In this document: piece by piece, positions 1 to 8,960 of the stretch
Position numbering within the stretch: the stretch's first letter is position 1
Layout of the letters: each line of letters opens with the position of its first letter
Origin: Spirochaetales bacterium
Lineage (GTDB): Bacteria; Spirochaetota; Spirochaetia; DSM-27196; PWMO01
NCBI GenBank assembly: GCA_007130025.1
Contig: SLTF01000025.1
Location: 1 to 33,119, forward strand
Length of the DNA: 33,119 bases
Direction of reading: 5' to 3'
The notes under the pieces: model-generated
Seen by the model: only the letters and a program-made list of their open reading frames with translations
Told to the model about the DNA's origin: nothing
Database searches by the model: none
Translations under genes and position numbers: made by a program

Positions 1-674
1 CCGTACTGTTTCTCGATGGTTTTCTCTTCGTTGAGCTTCATCCCCACCACGTCATCATCGACGTGGTAGTAGTTGTAGCCGGTGCCAACGGTGAAGACAA
101 AGTCCTCGCGGCGACTGCCTTCAACCGCGACGCCGTCGGCGCCCACCTCTTCGTAGTCGATGGTGACGATGTCGTCCTTCGCCACGGTCTGGTCGGCCTT
201 GTCGATGACCACCGAGTTCTGCTCCTGGATGGACTTCAGTTCACGATCGAGATCTTCATCGGCCACCTCAACCTGCGTCTCCTCAATCTCGAGGCCGGTG
301 TAGGTGCCTACGGTGATTTCCGGGAAGATATCGTAGCGAACCGCGAAGGTAAACGGCTTCTCGAGATCAAAGTCGAGTTCACCGTCGAGCTCGGGTTGGG
401 CGTAGGGAAGGGGCTTCTCTGCGATCTCGTCGAACACCTCTTTGAGGCTCTCTTCGAGAATGCGCTGAGCCGCTTCGGCTTTGAGCGTGTCGCCAAACTT
501 GAGCTCCATGATGTTGATGGGAACCTTTCCCTTGCGAAAGCCCTTGATCTGGACATCTTTCGCGTATTCGCGTACCAGCTTATCGTACTGTTCGCGCACG
601 GTGGGCTGTGCGACCGTGACGGTGAGCTTTGCGGCGGAGGGTTCGACCCGTTCGACCTGTTTTTCCGATACCAT
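1..674 (-). CDS. tig: trigger factor, N-terminal 224 aa (3' end leaves the window)
   Basis: Own translation of the minus strand from the ATG at 674-672 gives MVSEKQVERVEPSAAKLTVTVAQPTVREQYDKLVREYAKDVQIKGFRKGKVPINIMELKFGD... It carries the GFRxGxxP ribosome-binding signature of trigger factor. The frame stays open to position 1. It is absent from the ORF track because it runs off the edge. Confidence 0.9.
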   Translation of the reverse strand, partial: MVSEKQVERVEPSAAKLTVTVAQPTVREQYDKLVREYAKDVQIKGFRKGKVPINIMELKFGDTLKAEAAQRILEESLKEVFDEIAEKPLPYAQPELDGELDFDLEKPFTFAVRYDIFPEITVGTYTGLEIEETQVEVADEDLDRELKSIQEQNSVVIDKADQTVAKDDIVTIDYEEVGADGVAVEGSRREDFVFTVGTGYNYYHVDDDVVGMKLNEEKTIEKQY

Positions 675-739
675 TGTGCAGGACCTCGCTGTTGAACTCG
701 GGCGTATCGGCGCGGTGAGTGCGCAAAGCCCGGAATTAC

Positions 740-770
740 AAAAAAAGCGATCCGGAGAACCCAGATCGCT
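740..770 (-). terminator. rho-independent terminator after the tRNA array
   Basis: The minus-strand RNA reads AGCGAUCUGG-GUUCU-CCGGAUCGCU followed by UUUUUUU. This is a 10-bp stem with one G.U pair. That pair would be a C.A mismatch on the plus strand, so the hairpin is strand-specific. It lies 12 nt downstream of tRNA-Gly. Confidence 0.75.
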
Positions 771-781
771 TTGTGTAAGAG

Positions 782-853
782 AGCGGGAGACGGGATTTGA
801 ACCCGCGACATCCACCTTGGCAAGGTGGAGCTCTACCACTGAGCTACTCCCGC
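782..853 (-). tRNA. tRNA-Gly (anticodon GCC)
   Basis: The reverse complement folds as a cloverleaf. Acceptor GCGGGAG/CTCCCGC, D arm GCTC-AGTGGTA-GAGC, anticodon arm CCACC-TTGCCAA-GGTGG, T arm GCGGG-TTCAAAT-CCCGT, discriminator U. Confidence 0.93.
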
Positions 854-926
854 AAATGATGCGAACCGCTGTTCCGGCGAACGGTGGTGCCGGTGGGATG
901 AGCCCATCTCTCCGGAGGCTTCGCTC

Positions 927-1008
<82 letters not shown>

Positions 1009-1015
1009 ACGCCAT

Positions 1016-1042
1016 ACTATACAAGAAACGGTACCCCGTCAA
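1016..1042 (-). promoter_or_regulatory. possible internal sigma70-type promoter ahead of tRNA-Leu
   Basis: The minus strand reads TTGACG (1042-1037), a 15-nt spacer, then TATAGT (1021-1016). It ends 7 nt before the tRNA-Leu 5' end. The hexamers are near consensus but the spacer is short. Confidence 0.25.
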
Positions 1043-1093
1043 GAATCAACGGTTGGAACCGTACCGGATTTCCGGCCAAAACCGGAGATCCAT

Positions 1094-1166
1094 TGAGCCG
1101 TGGAGGGATCGAACCTCCGACCAACAGATTAAGAGTCTGTCGCTCTACCAGCTGAGCTAACGGCCC
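1094..1166 (-). tRNA. tRNA-Lys (anticodon CUU)
   Basis: Reverse complement: acceptor GGGCCGT/ACGGCTC, D arm GCTC-AGCTGGTA-GAGC, anticodon arm ACAGA-CTCTTAA-TCTGT, T arm GGAGG-TTCGATC-CCTCC, discriminator A. Confidence 0.93.
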
Positions 1167-1171
1167 TTGTG

Positions 1172-1245
<74 letters not shown>

Positions 1246-1361
1246 AATCAAATCGATAGTGTGGCCCGAGGCTGCACGAATTCAGCGAACGGAACCGGTG
1301 CCTGTCAAAATACTGGAAAACCCCGTCGGTTTCTACCCCTGACGCGTGATTTCCATTCTCG

Positions 1362-1434
1362 GGTGGATGACGGGACTTGAACCCGCAACAACCAGAACCA
1401 CAATCTGGCGCTCTACCATTGAACTACATCCACC
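1362..1434 (-). tRNA. tRNA-His (anticodon GUG) with encoded G-1
   Basis: Reverse complement: G(-1)+GTGGATG acceptor pairing with CATCCAC plus discriminator C, anticodon arm CCAGA-TTGTGGT-TCTGG, T arm GCGGG-TTCAAGT-CCCGT. The G-1:C73 pair is the His identity element. Confidence 0.92.
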
Positions 1435-1499
1435 ATAATCGGCAAGGCCGCATCCTGCCACACCGGCGCCTGATTTGTCAATACGTTCCCTGCCCGCGG

Positions 1500-3665
1500 T
1501 TATCTGCCGGGGCTGGGCGCGCGTCCCCACGCGAGGGCCACAACGCTGCGCCAGGGGACGCTTTCGGTACCCAGAGCGGCCAGAATTGCCGCAGTCAGCT
1601 GTTCGGCGGCTCCCGTGCCGGCGACCTCGGTCACCGCCGCGCCAAGGCGAGAGCCCTCGGCTGAGAGCCAACCGGTCACATCCGCGCGGCTGATGACGCG
1701 CGCGGAGACGTTGGTGAGCGGCTCCATGCCGACCACCTCAAAGCCCGCATCGGAGAGCCACGCGCCCGTGTCGGAGGGGCCCCAGTTGACGGCCGCGTCG
1801 GTGGGGTCGTCGTAGATGCGCCGCTCCGCCTTCTCCAGAATCTCGCGGTCGGGGAGGGCGAGGCGATCCGAGAGCACCTCCGAAAGCCGTGAGGCGGAGC
1901 CGGCTGCGGGCTCGGCAATCACGATGCGGTCGGTGATTTCGGCAGCCCGGCGAAGCATGGTGACCCGATCGCCACGACGGTGAAGCCAGTTCCGACCGAT
2001 GATCAGCTCAAAGCGCGAGGGCCACTCGCCCGGAGGACCGTCGGGTTCCGGATCGATGCCGGAAGCCCCCGGAGTCATAATCAACGGTCGCGTCAAGGCG
2101 TCGAGTTTCGCGGCGTGAAAGGCGATCTGCTCGGCGAGCTTCGGGTCATCGACCAGGGCGGCAACGAGGCCCTCGGGCACGCAGCGCACCGCCTCCCAGA
2201 CGAGGGTCTCGGTGCGAGAGCCGGCGATCAGGACCCGCTCGTGGCGCTGCAGGTCGGCGGCGGCAAATACGCGATCGCGCACCGTCTGGACCAGCTCGTT
2301 TCGACTCTGTGAGAGGCGAACGAGCCAGCGCTCGCGGGCGTCCTGGGGCGGAGAGAAGGTCAGGATTTCCTGCTCGATGTCGTCGTCGGTGACCACCGAG
2401 AGCTGGACTTCGCGCCGACGCTCGACGTCGGCGGCAATGCGCCCCTCGTACCCACTTCGCGATGGGGTGTAGAAGAGTCGCCCCTGCATGCCCGAGGGGA
2501 GATACGCCTGGGCCACCCAGTGGTCGCGATAGGCGTGGGGGTAGAGGTAGCCCTCTCCGTGGCCAAATCCTTCCTTGTCCCGGTTTCCGTCGCGCAGATG
2601 GCGCGGAACGTCGCGCGAGACTTCGGCCTCTACCGATGCACGTGCGTCGAAATAGCCCAGGGTGGAGTTTGACTTGGCGCAGGTGGCCAGGTAGAGGGCG
2701 GCCTGCGCCAGATGAAACTGGCCCTCGGGAAGCCCCACGCGGTCAAAAGCACGCGCCGCTGCCTCTACCACCACAAGGGCCTGCGGATCGGCAAGACCGA
2801 CGTCTTCGGAGGCGAGAATGAGCATGCGACGGAAGAGGAAGCGAGGGTCTTCGCCGGATGCCACCATGCGCGCCATCCAGTAGAGGGCGGCGTCGGGGTC
2901 GCTGCCGCGAAGCGACTTGATGAAGGCACTGATGGTGTCGTAGTGGTAGTCACCTTCGCGATCGTAGAGGAGGGCCTTCGCCTGGATGCTTTCTTCGGCG
3001 ATCGCCAGAGATACGGTGACATCGGTGCCCGGCGGGGCCGGCATCGCGGGAGCCGATGTCTCAACGGCAAGCTGCAGCGCGTTCAGCAGGCTGCGTGCGT
3101 CACCGTCAGCCACCGCTATCAGGTGATTGGTGGCATCGGGCTCGACGGTTACCTTCAGGCTGCCGTACCCCCGAATCGGGTCGTTCAGCGCCTGCTCCAT
3201 GACGCGGCGCAGTTCGGCCTCCGAGAGCGGCCGCAACTGAAAGATGCGCGACCGCGAGACCAGGGCGGCATTGACTTCGAAGAAGGGGTTTTCGGTAGTG
3301 GCGCCGATCAGAACGACCGTCCCGTTCTCAACCCACGGCAGCAGGGCGTCCTGCTGGGCCTTGTTCCAGCGGTGGACCTCGTCGACAAAGAGGATGGTGC
3401 GTCGCTGGTGCAGCGTCATCTGCTCCCGGGCAATTTCGATCTCGGCGCGTACTTCCTTGACACCACTGAGCACGGCGTTGAGCGAGACAAACCGGCTGCT
3501 GGTGGTGTTGGCAATGACGCGTGCGAGGGTTGTTTTGCCGGTGCCGGGTGGTCCGGCGAAGATCACCGACGAAAGCATGTCCGCCGCAATTGCGCGACGC
3601 AGCAGTCGGCCCTCGCCCATGATGTGGTCCTGACCGACAAACTCGTCGATTGTCCGTGGCCGCAT
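1500..3665 (-). CDS. rarA: replication-associated recombination protein RarA (AAA+ ATPase) fused to a C-terminal domain of about 280 aa with unknown function
   Basis: 721-aa ORF. The N-terminal ~440 aa carry RMRPRTIDEFVGQDH, Walker A GPPGTGKTT, Walker B ILFVDEVHR and the MgsA C-terminal helical region. Residues ~440-721 have no RarA counterpart. The architecture matches the family I recall being named 'RarA/unknown domain fusion protein'. The true start may lie upstream (see findings). Confidence 0.9.
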   Translation of the reverse strand: MRPRTIDEFVGQDHIMGEGRLLRRAIAADMLSSVIFAGPPGTGKTTLARVIANTTSSRFVSLNAVLSGVKEVRAEIEIAREQMTLHQRRTILFVDEVHRWNKAQQDALLPWVENGTVVLIGATTENPFFEVNAALVSRSRIFQLRPLSEAELRRVMEQALNDPIRGYGSLKVTVEPDATNHLIAVADGDARSLLNALQLAVETSAPAMPAPPGTDVTVSLAIAEESIQAKALLYDREGDYHYDTISAFIKSLRGSDPDAALYWMARMVASGEDPRFLFRRMLILASEDVGLADPQALVVVEAAARAFDRVGLPEGQFHLAQAALYLATCAKSNSTLGYFDARASVEAEVSRDVPRHLRDGNRDKEGFGHGEGYLYPHAYRDHWVAQAYLPSGMQGRLFYTPSRSGYEGRIAADVERRREVQLSVVTDDDIEQEILTFSPPQDARERWLVRLSQSRNELVQTVRDRVFAAADLQRHERVLIAGSRTETLVWEAVRCVPEGLVAALVDDPKLAEQIAFHAAKLDALTRPLIMTPGASGIDPEPDGPPGEWPSRFELIIGRNWLHRRGDRVTMLRRAAEITDRIVIAEPAAGSASRLSEVLSDRLALPDREILEKAERRIYDDPTDAAVNWGPSDTGAWLSDAGFEVVGMEPLTNVSARVISRADVTGWLSAEGSRLGAAVTEVAGTGAAEQLTAAILAALGTESVPWRSVVALAWGRAPSPGR

Positions 3666-3737
3666 CCGCGCCGCGAGGGGTTCCTGTCCGGGGGTTTGGG
3701 AAAAAAGCGCGTGTTCCTGGCTCAGGGCTTTCCCTAC

Positions 3738-4871
3738 TCAGAGCTTATCGACCGGACCCCGCGCCTTCTCGAGCTGCGCCTTCTGCGCTTCGGTCTCGGC
3801 GATCGATCCACGAAGCTTCTCAACCGACGCTCGATTCTCGGCGATCTCTTTTTCCAGCGCCGCGATCTTCTTCTGGTATTCGGCGATGCGCGTTGCCGCT
3901 TCTTCGGCGGCGATGGCGGCTTTGAGTTTCTCGATCTGCTTGTCTACGGCCTGACACTCTCGCTCGAGTTCCCGCACCCGCGCAACGGATTCCGCCACGG
4001 CAGCGGCGCCGCTGTCGTCTTTCTTCAGCTCCGAGAGGTATCCTTCGCCCACTTGCATTGAAACGTTGTTGAGGGCAGTGGTCAGATCCTCGATCTGCTG
4101 CTCGAGTTCCGCAACTCTGCGGACCGCCTTTCGATCAGCTCCGAGCGCGCGGAGGTCCTCGGCAAGGGATTGGTCTTCCTTCTGCAGATCGGCGATTCGA
4201 CGGTTGAGGTCGTCAATCTGGGTATTGACCTGGTGGTAGGGCTCAACCGCGCGGGTCAGAGTGGCGTCATCAACAACGGTAATGAAGTTGCTCTCGGTAA
4301 CAAACCGTCCCGCCTTGCGAAAGAGCCGGGGGGTATTCTGCTCCCGGGTGGTTCGCCGGTTCCGCAGGAGGGCGATCTTGCCCTTGGCGACCATCCGATC
4401 GAGGAAGGGTTTCTCTTCGGTTTCCCGTTCCAGCTGCACGAGCTGTTGATCGATGTCCCGGATGTCTTCGTGGTTCTTGACCAGCTCAGAGAAGAGGTCG
4501 ACGTAGTTCTCATCCACAAAAGGGTGGCTTTTGTAGATCTCAAACGCCTTGCGACCGATCTCCTCGTACATCGGCTGGACGCTCTCTTCGAGATCGGCGA
4601 TTTTCCCGCGCAGTGAATCTACTTCACCGTCGATCTGCTGTTCCCGGTCGAGAATTGCGTGAATTCGTGCAATGGAGGTACGAGCCTCGTCAATTTGCGA
4701 CTGCAGCCGCTGCGATTCCTGCGAGAGAGTCGAAAGCCTGGTCGAGGAGAGCAGCTTGGCATCCCGCGTGATGAGGTGCCGGCCGGTCGCGAGGTGTTCG
4801 TTGGCAATCAGCCGCCGTTTTTCCGCTGATTCTTGCTGGAGTCGATCGATCTTTTTCTGGTACGAGTCCAT
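3738..4871 (-). CDS. coiled-coil protein of unknown function (about 377 aa)
   Basis: The ORF track gives 3738..5057. The N-terminal 60 residues look non-coding and would cover the msrB promoter. AAGGAG at 4881-4886 sits 9 nt before the ATG at 4871 ([14 protein letters not shown]...). The ATG at 4880 is an alternative start. Heptad-rich Q/E/L/R/K composition throughout. Confidence 0.7.
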   Translation of the reverse strand: MDSYQKKIDRLQQESAEKRRLIANEHLATGRHLITRDAKLLSSTRLSTLSQESQRLQSQIDEARTSIARIHAILDREQQIDGEVDSLRGKIADLEESVQPMYEEIGRKAFEIYKSHPFVDENYVDLFSELVKNHEDIRDIDQQLVQLERETEEKPFLDRMVAKGKIALLRNRRTTREQNTPRLFRKAGRFVTESNFITVVDDATLTRAVEPYHQVNTQIDDLNRRIADLQKEDQSLAEDLRALGADRKAVRRVAELEQQIEDLTTALNNVSMQVGEGYLSELKKDDSGAAAVAESVARVRELERECQAVDKQIEKLKAAIAAEEAATRIAEYQKKIAALEKEIAENRASVEKLRGSIAETEAQKAQLEKARGPVDKL

Positions 4872-4946
4872 CCAATTCATCTCCTTTGACCTTATCTTCA
4901 CCTTACACCATATTGGCGCGCAATACCACCGGTATTGGTCAATTGG

Positions 4947-4976
4947 TTGCTTCCAGGCGGACGCGATCGCTATATT
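4947..4976 (+). promoter_or_regulatory. putative sigma70-type promoter of msrB
   Basis: TTGCTT (4947-4952), 18-nt spacer, TATATT (4971-4976). It lies about 30 nt upstream of the msrB ATG. Confidence 0.35.
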
Positions 4977-5007
4977 CTGGGTATCCCCGTTGAACCAGGA
5001 GCGAACC

Positions 5008-5406
5008 ATGGCGGAAAAAGTGAAGAAAAGTGACGACGAGTGGCGAGAGATTCTCACCCCGCAGCAATTCGCCGTCGCGCGGAAACAGGGAACTGAACGC
5101 GCGTTTACGGGAGAGTACTACGCATCCAAGACTCCGGGCGTCTATCGATGCGTCTGCTGCGGGGCTGAACTGTTTCGATCCCAGGACAAGTTTGACTCGG
5201 GTACCGGATGGCCGAGTTATACCCAGCCGGTCGACGATGCTGCGGTTTCGGTGACCACCGATGTCTCGTGGGGCATGACCCGCACCGAGGTACTGTGCGC
5301 ACGCTGCGACGCGCATCTTGGGCACGTCTTCCCCGACGGTCCCGAACCCACGGGAATGCGGTACTGCATCAACTCGGTCTGCTTGAAACTGGAACCAGAC
5401 GAGTAA
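5008..5406 (+). CDS. msrB: peptide-methionine (R)-S-oxide reductase MsrB
   Basis: [37 protein letters not shown]...CVCCGAELF...GWPS...[22 protein letters not shown]. Both CxxC zinc pairs and the catalytic RYCINS Cys are present. AGGAG at 4997-5001. The longer track ORF (4672) is an upstream extension. Confidence 0.95.
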   Translation: MAEKVKKSDDEWREILTPQQFAVARKQGTERAFTGEYYASKTPGVYRCVCCGAELFRSQDKFDSGTGWPSYTQPVDDAAVSVTTDVSWGMTRTEVLCARCDAHLGHVFPDGPEPTGMRYCINSVCLKLEPDE

Positions 5407-5434
5407 CGCACGAATCGGCCACCTACTCAGTTCA

Positions 5435-6082
5435 TCAGTTAAACAGGTAGCTGATGTCGTCCTTCTCGCCAATGACGCGCTGAACGGTGCGCGTCATCTT
5501 CCGACGGACAATTGCCTGCTCGAGCGCGTCGCGAATGAACAAAAGGCGCTCGCCGGTACGCGTGAGCTGGAGCATGGTCTGTTTCTGTTCCATGGTGAAA
5601 AATGCTGAGGCCGCGGCAACAAACGAGAGCTTCTGCGGTCCGAGTACCAGAAGGGTTTCCCGGTCGATGGTTCCTCCTACCATCGCTGCGTAGATCTCCA
5701 GTTTTTTTATCGTCTCGCGCGCGAGGTCGGTATAGGTGTCAACAATCAGTTCGTCCTCGTCATGAATCACCTCAACAATGGCGGTGAGGTAGGGCTTGCT
5801 CGCGTCGGTTGAGATGGTGTGAAACCGCCTGGTGCCCATGGAGAGGATGTCATATCGACCGTCATCGTAGCGCTCCAGCACACGATCAATGCGGGCTATG
5901 CATCCGTATTCCTGGATCTGTCGGCTGCCGGCGAGCACCACGCCGAAGGGCCGCTCTGTTTCCAGACATTCTGCGATCATCCCGCGGTACCGCTCCTCGA
6001 AGATGTGAAGCGGAAGCGGCATGTGCGGCATCAGCACCAGACCAAGCGGAAAGAGGGGTAACGGTATTCGTTCTTCATCCAT
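5435..6082 (-). CDS. stand-alone Lon protease N-terminal (LON substrate-binding/PUA-like) domain protein
   Basis: 215 aa. IPLPLFPLGLVLMPHMPLPLHIFEERYRGMI... is the typical LON N-domain start. There is no AAA+ or protease part. Confidence 0.85.
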   Translation of the reverse strand: MDEERIPLPLFPLGLVLMPHMPLPLHIFEERYRGMIAECLETERPFGVVLAGSRQIQEYGCIARIDRVLERYDDGRYDILSMGTRRFHTISTDASKPYLTAIVEVIHDEDELIVDTYTDLARETIKKLEIYAAMVGGTIDRETLLVLGPQKLSFVAAASAFFTMEQKQTMLQLTRTGERLLFIRDALEQAIVRRKMTRTVQRVIGEKDDISYLFN

Positions 6083-6198
6083 TGAGTGTTCCCGGAACGG
6101 TACTCCCGTCCCCGACTAAGGTACTCAGAAACCGGGGCAAAAGTGAAACAAATGTGGATGATGCCGGCACGGAACGCTGGTCGGCCGGACGAGTGGTA

Positions 6199-6963
6199 CT
6201 ACCGGTCGATGACGATGCTCACGGGACAGTGGTCGGAGCCCATCACTTCGGGATGGATTTCGGCCGCGCGGACCGCCCCAGCGAGGCGATCGTTCACGCA
6301 GGTGTAGTCAATACGCCACCCCACGTTGTTTGCCCGCGCGTTGAACCGGTAGGACCACCAGGTGTACCGCCTGGGTTCCGGGTGGAGAACCCGAAAACTG
6401 TCCACGTACCCGCCGGCCGTGAAGCGGTCCATCCACGCACGCTCTTCGGGAAGATATCCGGCGTTCTTTTCGTTTGCCGCCGGATGCTCGAGGTCGATCG
6501 GTTTATGGGCAACGTTGTAGTCTCCGCAGAGCACCACGTCTCGCCCTTCGGCAACCAGACGGTCGCACAGCGCCTGCATCGATTCGCAGAAATCGAGCTT
6601 GTAGTCGAGCCGCTTTCCGGCGTCCTGGCTGTTGGGGAAGTAGGCGCTGATCACCACAAACTGCGGATAGTCGAGCATCAGCACGCGCCCCTCGGCGTCA
6701 AAACGGGGTATCCCCATGACCTCTACCGATCGAGGCGCGGTGCGCGCGTAGAGGGCAACACCGCTGTACCCCTTCTTTTCCGCGGATGCCCAGTACCCGG
6801 TATACCCCGCGGGGTTCAGTACCTCTTCGGTGAGCTGATCGGGTTGCGCCTTGGTCTCCTGAAGACAGAGAATATCCGGCTGTTCGGCCTGCAGGAATTC
6901 CAGCAGCCCCTTCGTTGCCGCGGCGCGAACGCCGTTGACGTTCCACGAAATGATGCGCGTCAT
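6199..6963 (-). CDS. xthA: exodeoxyribonuclease III (AP endonuclease)
   Basis: MTRIISWNVNGVRAA...PDILCLQETK...GDYNVAH..ID...WWSYR....N.GWRIDY....SDHCPV. Canonical EEP/Xth motifs. Confidence 0.95.
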   Translation of the reverse strand: MTRIISWNVNGVRAAATKGLLEFLQAEQPDILCLQETKAQPDQLTEEVLNPAGYTGYWASAEKKGYSGVALYARTAPRSVEVMGIPRFDAEGRVLMLDYPQFVVISAYFPNSQDAGKRLDYKLDFCESMQALCDRLVAEGRDVVLCGDYNVAHKPIDLEHPAANEKNAGYLPEERAWMDRFTAGGYVDSFRVLHPEPRRYTWWSYRFNARANNVGWRIDYTCVNDRLAGAVRAAEIHPEVMGSDHCPVSIVIDR

Positions 6964-8951
6964 CCGTTCCTCCCCGATGGTGTTGCTTCTTCGGCTGCTT
7001 CGAGCAGGGCGCGTTCGCGCTCAAGCGTTTCCCAGCGCCCATTCAGTTCGGCGTACCGTTCCCGCTCACGTGCGAGGTCCCGATGGAGCTCCTGCATTCG
7101 ATCCGGGTTGAGATAGTTCTCCTCTGCCCCCATCGCAGCCTCGACACGAGCGCAGGTCTGTTCGGACGCCTCCATGGCCTGCATCAGCTCCTCTTCCTCC
7201 CGCGCGAGCGACCGCAGTCGTCCCTTGCGCTGTTTGCGTTGCTCGTAGTCGCTTCCGTCCGGTACGCTCTGTCCCGCATCGATCGACGCCACGACGGACG
7301 CAGCCGTCGTGTTGGTCTCATTCCGCGATTCCACGCGCCGGCGATAGTATCGGTAGTCACCGGGATAGTCGGTCACCACGCTGAAGCGGTCGGTGTCGGG
7401 GCGGTCGAGTTCGATCACACGATCGGCGAGACCTTCCAGAAAGTGCCGGTCGTGCGACACAAACAGAACCGTTCCCTGGTAGCTTCGAAGGGCGTCGAGC
7501 AACACGTCTTTGGAGCTCATGTCGAGATGGTTGGTGGGTTCGTCAAGGATCAAGAGGTTGGCTGGACGGACGAGCATGCGAAGCAGGTTGACGCGACTGG
7601 TCTCTCCGCCACTGAGCACTCCAACAGGTTTGTGGACGTCGTCGCCGCGAAAGAGAAACGCGCCAAGCAGGTCTCGCACCAGCGGGATCATTGCGGTCTC
7701 ACAGTGCGCTTCGATTGTCTCAAGGATCGAGCGGTTTGCACCACCAGCCGGGTCGTGAGCGTGATCCTCGCTGTAGTAGCTGACGGCGACGTTGCTCCCC
7801 AGACGGAAGCTGCCGTCGAACTGCACGTCTGCGCCCGCGAGAATGCGGAGCAGCGTCGACTTTCCGGCGCCGTTTCGCCCGACTACCGCCACCTTCTGTC
7901 CCCGCATGACCGTGAAGGAGACGTCCCGCAAGACCGGTACGGTTTCGTACCGCTTCCCGATTCCGTCGAGTACCAGTGCCTCGTCACCGCTGCGCGCCGG
8001 CTTGGGGAATCGAAACCGGATGTGCTTCATGGATTCGGGGATTTCGATCCGCTCGGTCTTCTCCAGCTGCTTGATTCGACTCTGCACCATGTTTGCCTTG
8101 GAGGCGTTGTATCGAAACCGGCGGATGAACTCTTCGGCCTTGGCAATCTCATCCTGCTGCTGTTCGTAGCGTTTTCTGAGGTCGATCAGGTCCTTCTCCC
8201 TGACCGCTTCGTACGCGCTGTAGTTGCCGCGAAACCGAATCAGGCGGCCAAGAAAGAGCTCCATCACCTCTGACACCGTGGTGTCAAGAAAGAAGCGGTC
8301 ATGGGACACCAGAACAAACCCGCCGGGGTAGGCAGTCAGAAAGCTTTCGAGCCACTCGCGCGCTTCCAGGTCGAGATAGTTGGTTGGCTCGTCGAGAAGG
8401 AGTAAGTCCGGGTGGGCGAGGAGAATCTTGGCGAGGGCGATGCGCATCTGCCAACCGGAAGAAAACTCGCCGGTGTCGCGCGTGAAGTCGGTGCGGCGAA
8501 AGCCCAGCCCGGTCAGGACCGAATCGATGCGCGCCTGCCGCTGGTAGAAGCCCGAGTGGTCGAGTCGCTCCTGCAACTCGTGCATTTCGTGGAGGAGCGC
8601 CTCCTGACCGTCTTCCGTCGCGTCGGGAAGCTCGTCGGCGACCGTCTCGAGCCGGGATACCATGTCGTGAAACCGGGCAAAGGCCTGCTCCGCCTCATCG
8701 AGCAGGCTGCGACCACGATGGACCAGTCCCGACTGCGGAAGATACCCCACCGTGCACCCGCGATTGACCACAACGGAACCTGAGTCCGGTGAGGTCTGCG
8801 CCGCGATCAGTCGCAGCAGTGTGGTCTTGCCGCTGCCGTTCGCACCGGTCAGCGCGACCCGACAGCGATCGTCGAGGCTCAGGTTGACCGAGTCAAGTAC
8901 CTGCCGGTCGGCAAATGCCACATCCACCGAAGTAAGGGAGACAACCGTCAC
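6960..8951 (-). CDS. ABC-F family ATPase (two ABC cassettes, C-terminal coiled coil; Uup-like)
   Basis: 663 aa. Two Walker A motifs (GANGSGKTT, GRNGAGKST) and two LSGG signatures (FSSGWQ, LSGGE). No TM domain. The tail is rich in R/E coiled coil. The stop overlaps the xthA start by 4 nt (ATGA). Confidence 0.9.
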   Translation of the reverse strand: MTVVSLTSVDVAFADRQVLDSVNLSLDDRCRVALTGANGSGKTTLLRLIAAQTSPDSGSVVVNRGCTVGYLPQSGLVHRGRSLLDEAEQAFARFHDMVSRLETVADELPDATEDGQEALLHEMHELQERLDHSGFYQRQARIDSVLTGLGFRRTDFTRDTGEFSSGWQMRIALAKILLAHPDLLLLDEPTNYLDLEAREWLESFLTAYPGGFVLVSHDRFFLDTTVSEVMELFLGRLIRFRGNYSAYEAVREKDLIDLRKRYEQQQDEIAKAEEFIRRFRYNASKANMVQSRIKQLEKTERIEIPESMKHIRFRFPKPARSGDEALVLDGIGKRYETVPVLRDVSFTVMRGQKVAVVGRNGAGKSTLLRILAGADVQFDGSFRLGSNVAVSYYSEDHAHDPAGGANRSILETIEAHCETAMIPLVRDLLGAFLFRGDDVHKPVGVLSGGETSRVNLLRMLVRPANLLILDEPTNHLDMSSKDVLLDALRSYQGTVLFVSHDRHFLEGLADRVIELDRPDTDRFSVVTDYPGDYRYYRRRVESRNETNTTAASVVASIDAGQSVPDGSDYEQRKQRKGRLRSLAREEEELMQAMEASEQTCARVEAAMGAEENYLNPDRMQELHRDLARERERYAELNGRWETLERERALLEAAEEATPSGRNG

Positions 8952-8960
8952 AGCGACAAC

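Noticed and set aside
63-823. Track ORFs 63..695(+), 308..823(-) and 481..945(+)
   Set aside because: They overlap the real trigger-factor frame (minus strand, 1..674) and run through tRNA-Gly. Their composition is R/S/P/G-rich with no recognisable motifs. They are shadow frames of a high-GC gene.
2712-4061. 449-aa ORF on the plus strand
   Set aside because: It is antisense to rarA and the coiled-coil gene, both of which have clear homology or periodicity. Its R/G/H/D-rich low-complexity translation is typical of antisense frames in GC-rich DNA.
4881-5057. N-terminal 60 residues of the coiled-coil track ORF, and the 4672..5007 part of the msrB track ORF
   Set aside because: They mutually overlap across the divergent intergenic region that contains promoter-like and palindromic elements. 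SD sequences support the internal starts.
5809-7116. 435-aa ORF on the plus strand
   Set aside because: It is antisense to the Lon-N domain gene and xthA, which have unambiguous motifs. There is no motif or start signal of its own.
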